Source of the DNA: Spirochaetia bacterium
Lineage (GTDB): Bacteria; Spirochaetota; Spirochaetia; DSM-16054; Sediminispirochaetaceae
Length of the DNA stretch: 64,000 bases
NCBI GenBank assembly: GCA_034520965.1
Contig: JAXHMY010000002.1
Span: 64,001-128,000, forward strand
Reading direction: 5' to 3'
In this document: one piece after another, positions 51,660-61,503 of the stretch
How the letters are laid out: the number at the start of each line of letters is the position of its first letter
Numbering within the stretch: position 1 is the stretch's first letter
Position numbers and translations under genes: made by a program
The notes under the pieces: model-generated
The model's database searches: none
Seen by the model: only the letters and a program-made list of their open reading frames with translations
What the model was told of the DNA's origin: nothing

Positions 51660-52982
51660 GTGGAGCATCCTGAATGGTACCGTTTAGATAATACAGCAAA
51701 CCTCTATCCATCTGTTATCAGTCGCCGCAACACGACTCTGTTTCGTATTTCAATCCATTTGCACCAACCGGTCCAAGTTGACCGGCTTACTCGGGCATTA
51801 CAAAAATTAGTACCTCGATTTCCCTATTATCAAGTCCACCTCCGTAAAGGTGCCTTTTGGTATACCTTGGAAGAGAACCCCCGAATACCTCTGCCCGTGA
51901 TCGACAGCAAAAGCCCCTGCCGATATATGCCGATTAAGCAACGGGGTGTACTTCCATTCAGGGTGCGGGTTTTTAGCCGTACCATGGCCGTTGAGTTCAG
52001 TCATGCAATCACCGATGGGACAGGGGCACTCATCTTTACAAAATCACTTTTGGCCGCGTACCGTCTAATTGATTTAGCCCCCGATTCGTCAGAATATAAA
52101 GCTCTGTACAGGGAATTTTCGGAGGATCCGGAGATATTTCTATTCGATCAGCCCCCCAAAGCAGAAGAGTTTAAAGACGCATTTCTAAGCCACTTCGATC
52201 CGACCATACCAACGCCGGATCAAGAAAAAAAAGTGTTTCATCTGCCGGGGCGTAAACTTCCGATAGGCCAATATCGGGTAATTACAGGAGACATGCCTCT
52301 TAAGGAGGTTCGCTCTTTAGCCAAGTCTCACAATGCCAGTTTAACTGAATTTTTAACGGCAGTTTATTTTGACGCGCTGCAGCAAATTCAGGAAATAGTG
52401 AAAGCAGATAAGGTGCGGGGTAGGTGGAATCCGGTTTCTGTAATGGTCCCGGTTAATCTTCGAAATATTTTGTTTAGTCGCAGTATGAGAAACTTTTTTC
52501 TCATATTGAACCCGCTGTTGGATACCCGCTTAGGCCATTATGATTTGGATGAAATAATTCACAAGGTCCACCACTTTATGCAGACCCAGCTTGATCATCG
52601 ACACCTGAAACAGCAGATTAGCCGCAACGTAAAGGGAGTGGTTAACCCTCTTCTGAGAATCTCCCCCTTGCTGTTAAAGAATATCGGTCTAAAAATGATA
52701 TATCGGGACTTTGGTGAAAACCGCTTCACCGGAAGCCTTTCCAACCTCGGAATGGCCGTTTTTCCACCTTCTCTGGAGGAGATTGTGAGAACCTTGGAGT
52801 TTGTTCCGCCCCCCAGCACAGTTTTAGGGGTAAAATGTGGTGCCCTCAGTTATCGTGGTCACTTACGGCTTACCTTTGGAAGCTTACTCGAGGAGACTGC
52901 TTTAGAGCGGCTTGTGTTTTCAAAATTAAGAAGTTACGGCATACCAATACATATATCCGGTAACTGGAAAGGAGAGGAATAG
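51660..52982 (+). CDS. CoA-dependent acyltransferase (alcohol acetyltransferase/condensation-like)
   Basis: WYRLDNTA N-terminus, HxxxDG (SHAITDGTG), PVNLR, SNLG. Confidence 0.75.
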   Translation: MEHPEWYRLDNTANLYPSVISRRNTTLFRISIHLHQPVQVDRLTRALQKLVPRFPYYQVHLRKGAFWYTLEENPRIPLPVIDSKSPCRYMPIKQRGVLPFRVRVFSRTMAVEFSHAITDGTGALIFTKSLLAAYRLIDLAPDSSEYKALYREFSEDPEIFLFDQPPKAEEFKDAFLSHFDPTIPTPDQEKKVFHLPGRKLPIGQYRVITGDMPLKEVRSLAKSHNASLTEFLTAVYFDALQQIQEIVKADKVRGRWNPVSVMVPVNLRNILFSRSMRNFFLILNPLLDTRLGHYDLDEIIHKVHHFMQTQLDHRHLKQQISRNVKGVVNPLLRISPLLLKNIGLKMIYRDFGENRFTGSLSNLGMAVFPPSLEEIVRTLEFVPPPSTVLGVKCGALSYRGHLRLTFGSLLEETALERLVFSKLRSYGIPIHISGNWKGEE

Positions 52983-53698
52983 TGCCATATTGCCCATACT
53001 GCGGTGTTGAAGTTGATCAGGATACCAGCAATTGTCCACTTTGCGACGGAAACATCCCCAAGGAAGGCCCTCCGCCGCTTTTAAAAGGAGACTATCCGCG
53101 CAAGGAACATCAGCTCTATTATAAGCGGCGATCCTTTACTTCCGAAGAGCGAAGAACTGTTTTGTGGTTCTTCAGCCTTCTGTTTTCTGTGCCTATGACT
53201 ATCGTGCTTGTGGTTGATTTACTACGAGACTGGGCAATCAGCTGGTCTTTGTTTGCACTAGTCGGCATCATTGGTATTTGGGTCGGAATAGCCGTAGGAC
53301 TGTTTATTCGCAAAGCCTGGCTGTTGATGCTGCTCTATTCAGCACTGATTTTAACTGTGAGCCTTGTCATAAATTTGTTAGCCGGAACTTTTTATCTGTT
53401 TTTAGCGTGGAATATGCCTATCATACTTATGGCAGCTGTGCTGATCACCCCTTGTGCCTTATACGCAAAATTTACCAGCCGAAAAGGCTTCAATGTTGCA
53501 GGTATGATTATGTGGGCAATTGGTCTATTTTGCATTGGAATTGACGTACTTATCGGTCTGAACTCGGAAAGTCGTCAATTTCTGCATGGATGGTCGTTGA
53601 TCGTAGCAGCCGCACTAGGGCCAGTGGGGGCCCTGTTGATGTACGTACATTACCGGCTGGGTAAGACGATGTCCTTTCGGCGGTTCTTTCATGCGTAA
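52982..53698 (+). CDS. Zinc-ribbon plus multi-TM membrane protein (DUF6320-like)
   Basis: CPYC…CPLC then about 6 TMs; ends RRFFHA; overlaps the upstream stop. Confidence 0.75.
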   Translation: MPYCPYCGVEVDQDTSNCPLCDGNIPKEGPPPLLKGDYPRKEHQLYYKRRSFTSEERRTVLWFFSLLFSVPMTIVLVVDLLRDWAISWSLFALVGIIGIWVGIAVGLFIRKAWLLMLLYSALILTVSLVINLLAGTFYLFLAWNMPIILMAAVLITPCALYAKFTSRKGFNVAGMIMWAIGLFCIGIDVLIGLNSESRQFLHGWSLIVAAALGPVGALLMYVHYRLGKTMSFRRFFHA

Positions 53699-53716
53699 GA
53701 AAGACATAAGAAATAA

Positions 53717-54077
53717 TGGAGGTGAGGGGAGTCGAACCCCTGTCCTACTGGGCACCCTGTAAGCGTCTACAAGTTTAGTCCCGACTTATTGTTTCGGAGA
53801 CAGTACGGAGCCGGTACAAACCAACCGTCTCCTAAGATCGACTTTAATGTCCCCAACTCCCGTCGAACATGAAGCCGGGTAAGCTCCGGTTTCTTTCAGG
53901 CATCTATTCCCTCGGAACAGCGTGAATAGAACCCGAGACTACGTTATCTACGCAGCCATTGCAAAATCTGCATTATTATTGTCTGCAGTTAAATTAATGT
54001 CCAGTTTATGGAGTTGTGGCAGCTCCACTTGCAACCTACAGCCGTGCAAGACCAGCAGTCGAATCCGGTACACCCCC
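53717..54077 (-). ncRNA. ssrA: tmRNA, tag peptide (A)ADNNNADFAMAA*
   Basis: 5' GGGGGUG pairs with 3' CACCUCC-A (G3·U); GGAUUCGAC near the 5' end; T-arm GGUUCGACUCC; tag ORF 53986-53948; downstream of smpB; CCA not encoded. Confidence 0.95.
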
Positions 54078-54175
54078 GCGGCTACGTATAAAGTAACATT
54101 TTATAGCAATTAAATCAACATGCCGAGTAATTCTGCGCGCCTGGCAATGTCTGAAATGTTGTGACCTTATGTTGC

Positions 54176-54658
54176 TTACCTCATACGGTCGCGCATTTCC
54201 CTCTGAGCATCACGCTTTAGATCACGATCCTTTATAGAGTTGCGTTTGTCATGGGTTTGCTTTCCCTTACAAATGCCGATGAGCACTTTTACCATACCCG
54301 CCTTCAGGTACACCTTCAATGGCACCAAAGTATATCCGCGCTCATCAACCCTGCGTTGAAGACGTTTAATCTCTTGTTTATGGGCTAATAGACGCCGTTC
54401 CCGAAGGGGGTCATGGTTGTGGATATTCCCAAACTTATAGGCGGCTATATGAAAGCCGAATAAGATCAACTCGCCGTTCATCACCCGAGCGTAAGAATCG
54501 GTAAAAGAGAACTTGCCTCCCCGGATAGATTTTACTTCAGTCCCTTGTAATTCGATACCGCATTCAAGGGTATCTTCTACCGTATAGTTAAAGCGGGCCT
54601 TTCTGTTATCGGCCAGCACCTTAATTCCGCTTTTTCCACTAGTTTCAGTTTCCGACAT
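54176..54658 (-). CDS. smpB: SsrA-binding protein SmpB
   Basis: NRKARFNY, GIELQGTEVKSIR, RRLLAHKQEI, KGKQTHDKR; ATG 54658. Confidence 0.96.
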   Translation of the reverse strand: MSETETSGKSGIKVLADNRKARFNYTVEDTLECGIELQGTEVKSIRGGKFSFTDSYARVMNGELILFGFHIAAYKFGNIHNHDPLRERRLLAHKQEIKRLQRRVDERGYTLVPLKVYLKAGMVKVLIGICKGKQTHDKRNSIKDRDLKRDAQREMRDRMR

Positions 54659-54659
54659 T

Positions 54660-56351
54660 CTACTCTTCCTCTCCCGAATCCAGTACAATTGGTTCTAGGA
54701 CAATTCGAAACCCTACAAAGGGCGAGCACCACTGGGGCGGGTGGGAGGCACGCCGCCATACCGGTACCTCAGAAGCTCGATTCACCCAGCTTCCCCCGCG
54801 TATCGACTTTTCACTTCCATCGAAACCTGGTACTGCAGCCCCATAAACTCCGTCGAGCACATCCGAGGTAAAATACCAGTTTTCGTTCCATTCCCATACA
54901 TTTCCCTGCATATCAACCAGACCAATTAGACCCTCACGGCTGTAGTTTGCCGCTTGAGGAGCGTCAAATCCACTTTCCCTGACTATTGCACGGGCGCCGC
55001 TGTTTTTTCGGGCGGCAAACTCCCATTCAGTTTCGGTGGGCAAGCGCACGCTAAACCGCTCTTTTAATTCAGAGGGCAGCTTTGACTCAAGCCATTTACT
55101 GTAAGCCTTGGCTGCATACCATGATACGTGTGTTACCGGCAAGGAGGAACTCTGAGAGGTTTCAAGCGAGTTGATAGCTGCATAGCCTAAATATTGTTCA
55201 TCAACCTTTCCCTGCTGAATAAGCTTATCCATGTGTTCTGCATTCCAGTCCGGCTCTTCCTGCAAGAAACGCTCGAACTGTCGCCTCGTGACCTCACCGC
55301 TGGAAATATAGTAAGGCTCCAGCCTCTCGAGGTGAGGAAACTCACTCAGTTGGGAAAAATCATATTCAGCTGAATTCATTGGAAACTCATTGTTACCCAC
55401 AGCCACCTGGCCAGGAGGAGTAATTTCTATAAAAGTGTGTTCCTGCACCTGCAGGGGAACCGACTCTAATTCGCTCTGTGCATACATTTCAAGGAAGGGT
55501 ATACCGTTTAAATGCTCTTTCAGGTCATCACGATCAACCTTATATTCCGGAAGGAGTTCCTCAGCCAAACTGGAGTTCTCCCGAAGGGCGGCTTCAATGT
55601 AGAGTGCAGCTAAAGTCGGTGAGGCACCCCTGCTGACCAATAGCTCCTGTGCTGATTGAATCAATCGCCTTGAGACTTCAACAGAGGTGTATTTTTTTGT
55701 GGACAAAAACCGGTACTCTGGAGAGTTCAAAGAGTGTAGTGCCGCTGCCACATCAATGAGTTGTTCAAAAGAGGCAATATTGTTTAGAAGCATGTGTGAA
55801 AAATCGTACATCCTTTCCGATATAACCTCTTCTGAGGCAAGAAACTCTGAGACCGCCTGCACTCCCCTAAAGGGATAAGGATAATGATCGTAAAAAGAAC
55901 CAACCAACGACCAGTTTGCTACCTGGCCGAATCTCCAGTTGAGGTACTCCTCGGATTGTGAGATATCCATATTCACCAAGTGAGTTTCTGCACGATTAAA
56001 TAAAAGTGTTCCAAATATTTTACCAGGCACTTGGAGTTCTTCATCTTGAGTCTCAAAATAGGGTTTTTCATAACGAACGCTATGTGTCCCCGCCGGGATG
56101 AAACGGGTAAACGGGGTTGAGTCTATATATACGCCATCAACAAATACAGCTACCCCTTTGGGCTGCGAAACAAACTGTATATTTGAGCCATACTTACGTA
56201 TTCCGGGCAGTATAAAGATTGAGAACAAAACCGCCAACAGGAGGAAGGCATATAAAACTGTAAGGTATAGACCAGGTTGAATACCGAATATAGGCTTCAA
56301 TTTCACATCAGAGACTTCTTCTAGCTCGATGTGCTTCTTTTTCTTTTTCAT
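54660..56351 (-). CDS. Membrane-anchored PEGA plus FGE-sulfatase (SUMF1-like) domain protein
   Basis: SQPKGVAVFVDG PEGA; LPVTHVSW, RLPTETEWEFAA, DMQGNVWEW, RGGSW, GFR; FGE catalytic Cys pair not seen. Confidence 0.85.
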   Translation of the reverse strand: MKKKKKHIELEEVSDVKLKPIFGIQPGLYLTVLYAFLLLAVLFSIFILPGIRKYGSNIQFVSQPKGVAVFVDGVYIDSTPFTRFIPAGTHSVRYEKPYFETQDEELQVPGKIFGTLLFNRAETHLVNMDISQSEEYLNWRFGQVANWSLVGSFYDHYPYPFRGVQAVSEFLASEEVISERMYDFSHMLLNNIASFEQLIDVAAALHSLNSPEYRFLSTKKYTSVEVSRRLIQSAQELLVSRGASPTLAALYIEAALRENSSLAEELLPEYKVDRDDLKEHLNGIPFLEMYAQSELESVPLQVQEHTFIEITPPGQVAVGNNEFPMNSAEYDFSQLSEFPHLERLEPYYISSGEVTRRQFERFLQEEPDWNAEHMDKLIQQGKVDEQYLGYAAINSLETSQSSSLPVTHVSWYAAKAYSKWLESKLPSELKERFSVRLPTETEWEFAARKNSGARAIVRESGFDAPQAANYSREGLIGLVDMQGNVWEWNENWYFTSDVLDGVYGAAVPGFDGSEKSIRGGSWVNRASEVPVWRRASHPPQWCSPFVGFRIVLEPIVLDSGEEE

Positions 56352-56436
56352 GATTGAAAATGTACAGTTTCGGTTCTAACTTGTCAATGTAACACATCTA
56401 TGCTAATAATTGATTGGTGCTGGAGAAGGAGACTAA

Positions 56437-57408
56437 ATGGAAAAATGGTATGAAACTGTACAGAGTTTCACTGAAAGATATCTCACACGCAGGAAACGAA
56501 AAAAAGCGTATATAAAGGCCAAGCAGAAGGCAAAAAACCCCATTATTGACTGGATTGAAGCCTTTTTATGGGCCGCAATAGTGGTACTTCTGATCAACCA
56601 ATATGTAGCCCAGGCATATCAAATTCCTTCCGGCTCCATGAAAAATACCTTAAAGATACAAGATCGTATTTTTGTAAATAAAATGATCTACGGGCCGGAG
56701 CTCATACCGGGGGCACTAAAACTCCCCGGTTTTGTCTCTCCGACCCGGGATGAAGTAATTATTTTCGAAAGTCCAACCTATATATCAAAGGGCCCCCTGT
56801 TCGATACATTGCAGCGCCTGATCTATATGCTCACCTTTTCGATGGTTGATATTGACCGCGATGCAGAGGGAAATCCTAAACCCCACTTTCTTATCAAGCG
56901 CGGAGTAGGAATGGCCCAGGACAGACTCCGGTTTGAGCGGGGTAATTTAGAACTGCGCCCTCCCGGCTTTGAAGAATGGATTCCGGAGGACTCCTTTAGG
57001 AACTTAGCGGGTCTCCAAGACAGGACGCGGCGTCTCATCGAATCTTCTAGCTATGAATATATTAAGGCTTCTGCCTTTCATGATGCGTATCAGAGTGCCG
57101 GTTTGCAGCCCTCGGCGGAGTTAAGCCGACAAGCAGAACAGATGCCCCAGGTAACGGATATGTTCGCCTGGATGAAGTACCGAAACGAAATGTTGTATAA
57201 AATTTATCCGCAAGAGCGTCGGGCCGGAGCCCTATGGCGAAAGTTCGATACCGGATGGTATATTGCTGAGGGTTACATATTTCCGTTAGGAGACAACCGG
57301 GACAATTCAAGGGATGCACGTTATTTCGGCCCGGTCGCTTTAGATAATGTACTAGGAAGAGCAATGTTTATTTATTGGCCCTTAGACCGTTTTGGAACTA
57401 TACACTAA
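56437..57408 (+). CDS. lepB: Signal peptidase I
   Basis: IPSGSM (Ser), IKRGVG (Lys), GDNRDNSRDARYFG. Confidence 0.93.
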   Translation: MEKWYETVQSFTERYLTRRKRKKAYIKAKQKAKNPIIDWIEAFLWAAIVVLLINQYVAQAYQIPSGSMKNTLKIQDRIFVNKMIYGPELIPGALKLPGFVSPTRDEVIIFESPTYISKGPLFDTLQRLIYMLTFSMVDIDRDAEGNPKPHFLIKRGVGMAQDRLRFERGNLELRPPGFEEWIPEDSFRNLAGLQDRTRRLIESSSYEYIKASAFHDAYQSAGLQPSAELSRQAEQMPQVTDMFAWMKYRNEMLYKIYPQERRAGALWRKFDTGWYIAEGYIFPLGDNRDNSRDARYFGPVALDNVLGRAMFIYWPLDRFGTIH

Positions 57409-57431
57409 TATTTATATATACGGGGAGAATC

Positions 57432-58214
57432 ATGTCTAAAAGGTCACGTGCACTACGCTACTATCGCAGCTACAAACCACAGGGTCCGTTTAAAAAGAGT
57501 GTCCGTTTCCTGCTCAAACTAATTGTTGTAGTGTTTCTGTTTCACTTACTTATTAGCACTCTATTGGTCAGTTCATATCAAGTTTCTCTTCAGAGCAACA
57601 CTGATGCTTACTCCGAACAACCCGTATATGCCGGCCGTATCCTTGCCAGCCCGTTATTATACGGCCCCAGGTTAAACATACTTGATTATCGTATTCCCTT
57701 ACTAAGAACCGCTAAACGGGGAGAAGTGGTAGTAAGCGAATTCGGAGGTGTACCTGAGTTATCCTGGTACGCCCACGGCCTTAACAGTATATCCAAATTT
57801 TTTACGTTCAATAATTACATTCCCTTTGATGAAAATGAGTTTTCCCATATAAGCCGCTATCAAATTATGCGGGTGGTTGGAATGCCCGGGGACGAGGTGA
57901 GGCTTGATACCTATCGAATAAAAATAAAAACAGCAAGCTCCAGCTATTTTATAGATGAACAGGAGGTTCTGCAGACTGATTATAAGTTAGTTATTCCGAA
58001 TCTCCAGGATACAGGTAGTAACAATTCAGGAGATAGCCAATCCGGTGGTCTCTCTGGTTCGCAGGACACTTTGCAGCTCGCATCGGGCGAGTACCTGTTG
58101 GCACCGGATGACAGAACTCATTTTGCTCTTTCCCGTTATTGGAAACCAGCTACTATGAAAAAAATCGTAGCTAAAGCTCTTCTCGTCTATTGGCCTCAGT
58201 TCCGTTTTTTATAG
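57432..58214 (+). CDS. S26-like signal peptidase paralog, probably inactive
   Basis: KRGEVVV, IMRVVGMPGDEV, APDDR, YWP; catalytic Lys and box E altered; ATG 57432 after GGGGAG. Confidence 0.75.
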   Translation: MSKRSRALRYYRSYKPQGPFKKSVRFLLKLIVVVFLFHLLISTLLVSSYQVSLQSNTDAYSEQPVYAGRILASPLLYGPRLNILDYRIPLLRTAKRGEVVVSEFGGVPELSWYAHGLNSISKFFTFNNYIPFDENEFSHISRYQIMRVVGMPGDEVRLDTYRIKIKTASSSYFIDEQEVLQTDYKLVIPNLQDTGSNNSGDSQSGGLSGSQDTLQLASGEYLLAPDDRTHFALSRYWKPATMKKIVAKALLVYWPQFRFL

Positions 58215-58215
58215 C

Positions 58216-59463
58216 ATGACCGGCGATTATCGTTATCCGGAACTCCCTATCTACGTACATATTCCCTTTTGTCGCCTCAAATGCGGCTATTGCGATTTCT
58301 ATTCCCTTAGCTCAACTGATGTGCAGCTGCAGACCCAAGTGATACACAACATACTTGTGCAGCTGGAGGTGCTTCTGAATACTCTGCAGCCCAGGCGGGT
58401 TCCATCGGTTTATATCGGAGGCGGTACACCGAATTCGCTCGCCCCACAGCTGTTTCAAAAACTTATCTCCGGCATTGATGCTCTTACTATTCCATTCCGG
58501 AAAGAGAGCTCCGGTTTTAATCCAACCTTTGAATGGACGGTAGAGCTAAATCCCGAGCTAATTACATACGAACAAATATCCTTTCTAAAAGAATCAGGGG
58601 TGAACCGGCTTAGCGTGGGCGTACAGAGTTTCTCAGAGGAGGCGTTAACACTCATAGAGAGAAATGCCGGTCTGGCTGAGACTTTGGACGGCCTTGCATT
58701 AGTCACTGAACACTGGACAGATCGTTGGAATCTGGACATTATCACCGGTTTACCCCGGCAAACCGCAGCGGAGGCACAGAAGGATATTGAAACAGCTATT
58801 GGATATTCACCGACCCATATTTCTCTGTATGCGCTTACCATAGAGGAGCATACTCCATTAGAAAGGAGGATACAGGCCGGGAAGTTTTCCCCTCAATCTG
58901 CGGATGATACAGCGGAGGTTCTAAAACTGCTGTGGAGTACCCTCAAGCTGCACGGATTTACACATTACGAGGTGTCCAACTTCGCCCGTCCGAATCTGGA
59001 AAGCCGGCACAATTTATACTATTGGAGGATGAAGCCCTACGCCGGTATCGGTCCGGGGGCGGTATCAACCCTCAGAAACTCAAGGGGGCTTCCCGCTCGA
59101 GGACAAATTCCTCAAGACATAAAAAAATTTGCTCAAAGCAGCAATCCCTCTACCGAACTTGAGTGGGAAGAGCTTCTGCCGTCCCAATTTATGCTCGAAT
59201 ATCTGATGATGGGCCTCAGGACTATTCCCGGGATCGATGCAGCTGTGTTTCGCCGCATCTTTGGTTTAGATATTGAGAAAACTCTCTCAGAAACTATCCG
59301 GCAACAGACTGCCCTCGGGAGGCTGCGCATCCACGAGCTTAACGAGAGGACCTATGTGAGTGTAACCGAAGCAGGTATGATGCTGCTCGACCACATCCTC
59401 ATTCAAGCTGCTCGTGAAATAGAAGATATTGAACCCGACCTGGAGTGGCCGATCAGCTTTTAA
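58216..59463 (+). CDS. hemW: Radical SAM heme chaperone HemW
   Basis: YVHIPFCRLKCGYCDF, GGGTP, YEVSNF, HNLYYW signature. Confidence 0.88.
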   Translation: MTGDYRYPELPIYVHIPFCRLKCGYCDFYSLSSTDVQLQTQVIHNILVQLEVLLNTLQPRRVPSVYIGGGTPNSLAPQLFQKLISGIDALTIPFRKESSGFNPTFEWTVELNPELITYEQISFLKESGVNRLSVGVQSFSEEALTLIERNAGLAETLDGLALVTEHWTDRWNLDIITGLPRQTAAEAQKDIETAIGYSPTHISLYALTIEEHTPLERRIQAGKFSPQSADDTAEVLKLLWSTLKLHGFTHYEVSNFARPNLESRHNLYYWRMKPYAGIGPGAVSTLRNSRGLPARGQIPQDIKKFAQSSNPSTELEWEELLPSQFMLEYLMMGLRTIPGIDAAVFRRIFGLDIEKTLSETIRQQTALGRLRIHELNERTYVSVTEAGMMLLDHILIQAAREIEDIEPDLEWPISF

Positions 59464-59493
59464 TAAGCAGCTACTACTTAGGGCAGAACAGAA

Positions 59494-59525
59494 GCAGAGC
59501 GGAGCGGCGCGGCGCGGCGCGGCGC
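59494..59525 (+). repeat. Pentanucleotide microsatellite (GCGGC)4+ with degenerate GCAGA/GCGGA units
   Basis: Read directly in the hemW-yebC intergenic region. Confidence 0.85.
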
Positions 59526-59608
59526 CTCAGCAGAAAAGTAGGCAATCTTGACTGTCAACGTCCATTATGATACTTTCCTAGTATTCACTCAAAGATAAAG
59601 GAGCAGCC

Positions 59609-60358
59609 ATGTCCGGCCACAATAAATGGTCTTCCATTAAACATAAAAAGGGCGCCGCAGACGCCAAGCGTGGTAAAATCTTTTCCAAGATTATTAAAGA
59701 AATTACGGTAGCCGCCCGTGCAGGCGGGGGCGACCCGGAGACGAATCCCGCCCTTAGAACAGCAATTACGAAGGCAAAATCAGAAAATATGCCCAAGGAT
59801 AATATTGAGCGGGCTCTTAAAAAGGGTACCGGTGAACTTGGTGGAGCGGACTACGTTGAACTAACCTATGAAGGCTACGGACCCGGCGGAACGGCCATAC
59901 TGATTGAAGCTCTTACGGATAATAAGAACCGTACCGCCGCCGATATTCGCAGTATTTTCAGCAAACACGGGGGGAACCTCGGTGAAACCGGTTGTGTGTC
60001 CTACCTGTTCCAGCGTAAAGGAATTATCACTTTTGATGCAGCTAACTACTCGGAAGATGAGATATTGGAGGCTGCTCTTGAAGCGGGAGCCGAAGATGTA
60101 TCCGGCTCCGATGATGAGATCGAAGTAGTAACCAGTTCTGATGATTTTTTTACCGTTTCAGATGCCCTCGAAGCGGCCGGTTATACATCTGAACGCGCCG
60201 AAGTAGCCATGGTTCCGGAGGTTACCCTTTCGCTTGACGACGAAACTACCGCCAAAGCGCTGCGGCTGATTGAGCGGATCGATGACAATGAGGATGTAAA
60301 GTCGGTATCAACAAACCTTGATATACCCGACGATTTTGATCCAGACTCTATCGAATGA
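59609..60358 (+). CDS. yebC: YebC/PmpR family protein
   Basis: [29 protein letters not shown]. Confidence 0.96.
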   Translation: MSGHNKWSSIKHKKGAADAKRGKIFSKIIKEITVAARAGGGDPETNPALRTAITKAKSENMPKDNIERALKKGTGELGGADYVELTYEGYGPGGTAILIEALTDNKNRTAADIRSIFSKHGGNLGETGCVSYLFQRKGIITFDAANYSEDEILEAALEAGAEDVSGSDDEIEVVTSSDDFFTVSDALEAAGYTSERAEVAMVPEVTLSLDDETTAKALRLIERIDDNEDVKSVSTNLDIPDDFDPDSIE

Positions 60359-60858
60359 TCCGTATTCTGGGGATTGACCCCGGGTTAGCACATACCGGCT
60401 GGGGACTGATCGAGGGACACAGCAGCCGGCTGCAGCATATAAAGCACGGCAGCGTGTCCACAAAGGCTCATACCGAGCACGCAGAACGGTTGCTGACAAT
60501 TTACACAGAGATACAGTGTCTCATAAAAGAGTTTTCACCCAGTTTTGTAGCCGTCGAGGCTCTCTATTTTGCAAAAAACCGCAGCAGCGGTATACCGGTG
60601 GCCGAAGCCCGAGGGGTGATTCTGCTGGCCGCCGCGACCTCCTTACTACCGGCCCGCTCTTTTACGCCCTTACAGATAAAACAGGCTTTAACCGGCAGCG
60701 GCCGAGCATCAAAACAGCAGGTTCAAGAAATGGTAAGACTTATGCTGGGGCTCTCTGCTGTTCCCACGCCGGACCACGCCGCCGACGCATTGGCAGCCGC
60801 TATTTGCGGCTATCACAACTACCAATTTGATCGAAGCGCAGATAGGGGGAGAGGATGA
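60355..60858 (+). CDS. ruvC: Holliday junction resolvase RuvC
   Basis: [31 protein letters not shown]. Confidence 0.96.
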   Translation: MIRILGIDPGLAHTGWGLIEGHSSRLQHIKHGSVSTKAHTEHAERLLTIYTEIQCLIKEFSPSFVAVEALYFAKNRSSGIPVAEARGVILLAAATSLLPARSFTPLQIKQALTGSGRASKQQVQEMVRLMLGLSAVPTPDHAADALAAAICGYHNYQFDRSADRGRG

Positions 60859-61451
60859 TTCATAGTTTATACGGACGGATAAGTGGACAAAACGGACGTT
60901 TTCTCTACCTGCGCCAGGGCGGTATAGAATGGTCAATCGAGGTAAGTCTCCAATCGCTGGAAGATCTAGTAGCCCAGGATGAGGAGGTGCGGGTGTTTAC
61001 CCATCTGCACCACCGAGAGGACCACATGCAGCTGTACGGCTTTTCTACCGAAGACGAGCGGGATCTTTTTCTTGAGATTATCAAGGTATCCGGAATCGGG
61101 CCTAAACAGGCCCTGCGTATGCTCTCCGGTTTACGCCCTCAGGAGTTCATCGACGCCATTGATAATGACCGGGTCGACCGCCTCTCCCAGCTTCCCGGGG
61201 TCGGTAAAAAAACTGCCGGCAAAATTATTCTGTCCCTGCGAGGAAAAATCCTTACCGAAAAACAAGACCAGGCGGCGGATCGGCATCCTGAGCTGGTGAA
61301 CGCCCTGACCGATATGGGATTTGACCGTAAACGGGCAGGGCAAGCGCTGCAGGAGGTTGCCAAAAGCATGGATTCTGATACACTTTCAGACAGCGAACAG
61401 GAGCATGAGCTTTTTAGAAGGGCAATTGTCTACTTAAGCGGCTCAAGTTAA
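60855..61451 (+). CDS. ruvA: Holliday junction branch migration protein RuvA
   Basis: HREDHMQLYGF, VSGIGPK, LPGVGKKTA, ALTDMGF. Confidence 0.96.
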   Translation: MIHSLYGRISGQNGRFLYLRQGGIEWSIEVSLQSLEDLVAQDEEVRVFTHLHHREDHMQLYGFSTEDERDLFLEIIKVSGIGPKQALRMLSGLRPQEFIDAIDNDRVDRLSQLPGVGKKTAGKIILSLRGKILTEKQDQAADRHPELVNALTDMGFDRKRAGQALQEVAKSMDSDTLSDSEQEHELFRRAIVYLSGSS

Positions 61452-61503
61452 GTAGCTCAAGTAAGGCCTTTCAAGGGGAAACTTTCACAGGGAAACAGGC
61501 AGC

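Noticed and set aside
53922..54113. 63-aa ORF on the plus strand
   Set aside because: Antisense to tmRNA
54660..56351. DGR target (FGE/CLec fold) or active formylglycine-generating enzyme
   Set aside because: No reverse transcriptase or template-repeat copy in the window, and the FGE catalytic cysteines are absent
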